Origin: Podarcis tiliguerta
Lineage: Eukaryota
Reading direction: 5' to 3' (one strand)
DNA length: 64,000 nt
Assembly (NCBI GenBank): GCA_965153285.1
Contig: OZ229122.1
Shown piece after piece: positions 61,018-64,000 of this stretch. The notes beneath the pieces were generated by a model, which made no database searches, was not told where the DNA came from, and was given only the letters and a program-made list of their open reading frames with translations. The position numbers and the translations under genes are program-made. Position 1 is the stretch's first letter. The number at the start of each line of letters is the position of its first letter.

Positions 61018-63942
61018 ATGGTGATACTAGTAATTTTGTTGCTGCTGCTGCTGCTGCCTCACATAGCATGCAAGGTTCAAGATGTTCAATGTAGAAAGTG
61101 GCGATCCACACCGATTCATCCCAGGTTTTATCAACGTGGAGATTTCACCTATGGAGCCATTGTTTTTCAGAGTGCCGTTTCTCTGTCTCCAATTACCTTG
61201 AACAGACATCCTGATTGGGAACAACTACCTAAATTGTTTGTATAAGGAATCATTTCTCCTCCCTACTTTGTCTCTGTCTATATTACATTCCGCAGCTGTA
61301 ATTAAAGAGATTGAACTTTAGTTCTTTGCAATCCTGATTCTAAAACAGAAACTTTGAACACACTAGACTAGGGAGAGCTCGTGGAAAGTCCACAGGAATC
61401 TTAAGTTTTCAGCCTCCAGAAAATGACATATTTGTTTTTTCAATAGGAGAATCAGTTAATTAATTATAGGAATTTTGTATCCCACCTCCCCATATACAAA
61501 TAGCCGCTGAATATGTACTGGGGCTTTGGAATGTCACCTGACTTTTATAGCATTGTTTTCTTGACTTATGTGCATTTCCATCTTCTTTCCATTTGTATCT
61601 CTCTCCATCACCATATTGTCTTCCAAAGCAGGATTCTCATGCTGTGGAAGAGTGATGGACAGCAGTACCCAGTTAAGTTATGATATTGAATTCTGCTTCA
61701 CAAACCAAGCTCCTTTCCCACCAGATAAAGGATCTAAACAGCTGAGCTTCAGGACCATGTATAGGGCAAGGAGGATCCCTCTCCTCAGCTCTCAAACATT
61801 AATATATCTCACTGGGTATGTTTGTAATTACTCAGTATAGGAATTAAATATGTCATTGCCTGGAGACCATCTTGCTTGTGAGTCCTGGATGATCTGCTCG
61901 CCTTTTACTCATTAGGCCTGGGAGGGCAGTGCCCTGACTGAGTGACTGACTTCAGCTACGAAAGCTGCTAAACAGACTCTTGGGCTGGGGTCTTGTTTCA
62001 CATCTTTTGTTAGGGTGTTTCAATGTTGTTATTTATTCTTTTTTATTTTCATTTTTAGAACTGATTATGAATCAGATTTTATCCTGATTTTTGTGGAAAT
62101 TATTTCAGTTTGGCTGTTTTATTTTTGATGTGTTTTATTTGTACATTATGACATTCTCATGTTTGTGATTTCTCATGTATATAAATATTGTCATGTCTTG
62201 TGTCTAAGGTAGTGCAATGGGCGAGTGTTTTCAGGCTTTTAATGAGAATGCTGGTGGTTTGAGGCCAACCAGATATGTCTGCAGGGTAGAATACACATGA
62301 GGTTCCTTCCTAATCTTCTAGGAGTCTATGTTGTAAGCTGCCTTGAGCATGGTTTCAACTGTAGAAAGGCATACACATAAAATGATGGTGGTGGTGTTGA
62401 TATTGTGACTTTCCCCCACTCTTGTATGTGTGTAAGCACATAATATATAGTAATGTATAGTAATGAAGAACAATAACTAAAAAAATTGAGGAACACTCAT
62501 ACGCACAATAAACTGCATTAAAGCAAACCTGTGTGAATTAAGCTGAGGTAAAGATACACCACATCCAAGCCACATTCAGCAGCAATGCTGCTGCTGCTCC
62601 TTTGCCTAAACCTGGCCATTGGTGGATTTGGGTGTCTCAGATTTCATGGGTGACCTCTGCCTCTGACCTTCATACTCCATAGTTGCGGCACACACTGTGG
62701 CTCCATGTGCAGTACAAGCGAACCGGTTGAGCTGCCTCAATTCTGCCTCTGGTCTGGTAGTGGGAACATATTCTATTTTAACATATTTTTGGATGCCGGC
62801 TTGCCAGGTAATGTGTGTTATTGAAATATTCTAACTCACCCCCACTGTGGTCCTGCCCTCCCATTCCTCTGGAACAACCATTTTTTCCAGCATCAGTTCA
62901 GTGACCCTCACCCAGCTTCAACTCAGCCACCTCAGCCAAGGATATTGCTATAGGACTGCCACTTAGAAAATAACAGCTTTAGAAAGAGCAGAATATACTT
63001 GTGACACAATATGCAACTCTCTCTTTTTTAAAAAATAAAATAAATATATATATATTTTTATACAATCAACCACAAAAGACACATATAACAAAAACCGTAA
63101 TAATAATAATAATAATAACAACACATTTTGACAATTCAGATTTGAATACTCTAATATACCTATGACTACACATTTTTAACAATATTTTCCCACCTCTCTC
63201 CGCTCCCCCTACTTCTCACCACTATCCACTTAAATATCCATTCCAGATTTCTTCATATTTATCCATTCTTATTTTGCATCGACATGCAATTCGTTCGTAT
63301 GTAGCAAATCTGTCCATATTATCAATCCATGTGCTCAACCGAATCTTTTTGCAGCTCTTCCAATTCATCAAAACAAGTTTTTTTGCTTCTAATATAGCAT
63401 GGTACAACCATTATTTTTGACCCCTTGAAATGACCCAATTTCCAGAATATAATTTAGAATTAAAATCAGTTCCCCTAAATAAAATAAAAAAATTATTACT
63501 CTTGCTATAAATATCCTCACCTCGCAACAAAATGAGCTTATTATCTTGCAGTTCATCAACATATGTACTAAGTTCGCATTTTAACTCACACATTTCCAGC
63601 AGTTGTCTGCACTTGTTATTTTCTTCTGGTATAATATGAAACTCTCTTTTTAGTGGAGTGACAGAGAACTATCAGCATCTTCTGGCTTTGGCTTTTGCTG
63701 TAAAGGAGGTTAATGAAAATCCCCAGATTTTATCCAATATTTCACTGGGATTCAACATTTATGATAACTCTTTGGAAGCTAGGTGGACCACTCCTGCTGC
63801 GATGCAATTTATTTCACCAAAGGACAGACTCCTCCCCAACTTTATGTGTGGTATCCATGAACATTTATTGACTATCACTGCGGATGTTACTAATTCCTAC
63901 TTTCCCATGCCACAAGTATTTGGTATCTACAAGATTCCTCAG
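61018..63942 (+). CDS. V2R-2, tandem paralog, exon 1 (61018-~61235) and exon 2 (63654-63942); continues beyond the window
   Basis: Exons are highly similar to V2R-1 exons 1-2, and intron 1 and the upstream flank are also duplicated (about 48585-51600 vs 60375-64000). Confidence 0.85.
63029..63632 (-). mobile_element. L1/Tx1 LINE 3' fragment inserted in the V2R-2 exon-2 acceptor
   Basis: ORF2 C-terminal-like peptide AKKLVLMNWK...WIDNM...KYEEIWNGYL; imperfect TSD aatatg(c/a)aactctct..ttttt near 63008 and 63633; absent at the matching V2R-1 site (51235-51255). Confidence 0.75.
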
Positions 63943-64000
63943 GTAAGAGTGCATGTGTGTAAGGAAACAGAAAAAATATATACAATTTAAATACTGCCTT

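Overview
Eukaryotic (vertebrate) genomic DNA, most likely a squamate and probably a lacertid lizard, judging from Sauria-type SINEs and the mix of L2, CR1, L1/Tx1, hAT and Tc1-mariner repeats. The window is a chemosensory receptor locus. (1) Positions 1-33 kb hold a young head-to-tail tandem array of six near-identical, intact 317-aa class II olfactory receptor (OR10-like) genes on the minus strand. Each repeat unit is about 4.4-8.3 kb and carries a putative 5' non-coding exon and a homeodomain + O/E promoter. (2) Two divergent ORs follow: 35.9-38.6 kb (minus), whose start codon appears to lie in a separate upstream exon, and 42.1-43.1 kb (plus). (3) From 49.3 kb there is a six-exon vomeronasal type-2 receptor (V2R) gene with a +1 frameshift at the start of its 7TM exon, followed by exons 1-2 of a tandem V2R paralog. 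Several insertions have readable target-site duplications (TSDs): a truncated Ty1/copia element with a nested L1-type element, a short L1-type element keeping both ends, an L1/Tx1 fragment inside a V2R splice acceptor, and MITEs. I see no prokaryotic-type system (CRISPR, operon, defence island). The best leads are Asp3.32 in two OR paralogs, the split-start OR, a candidate Lhx2/Ebf-type enhancer between the OR and V2R clusters, and an inverted copy of the array's intergenic module. All calls were made by eye, with no database searches.
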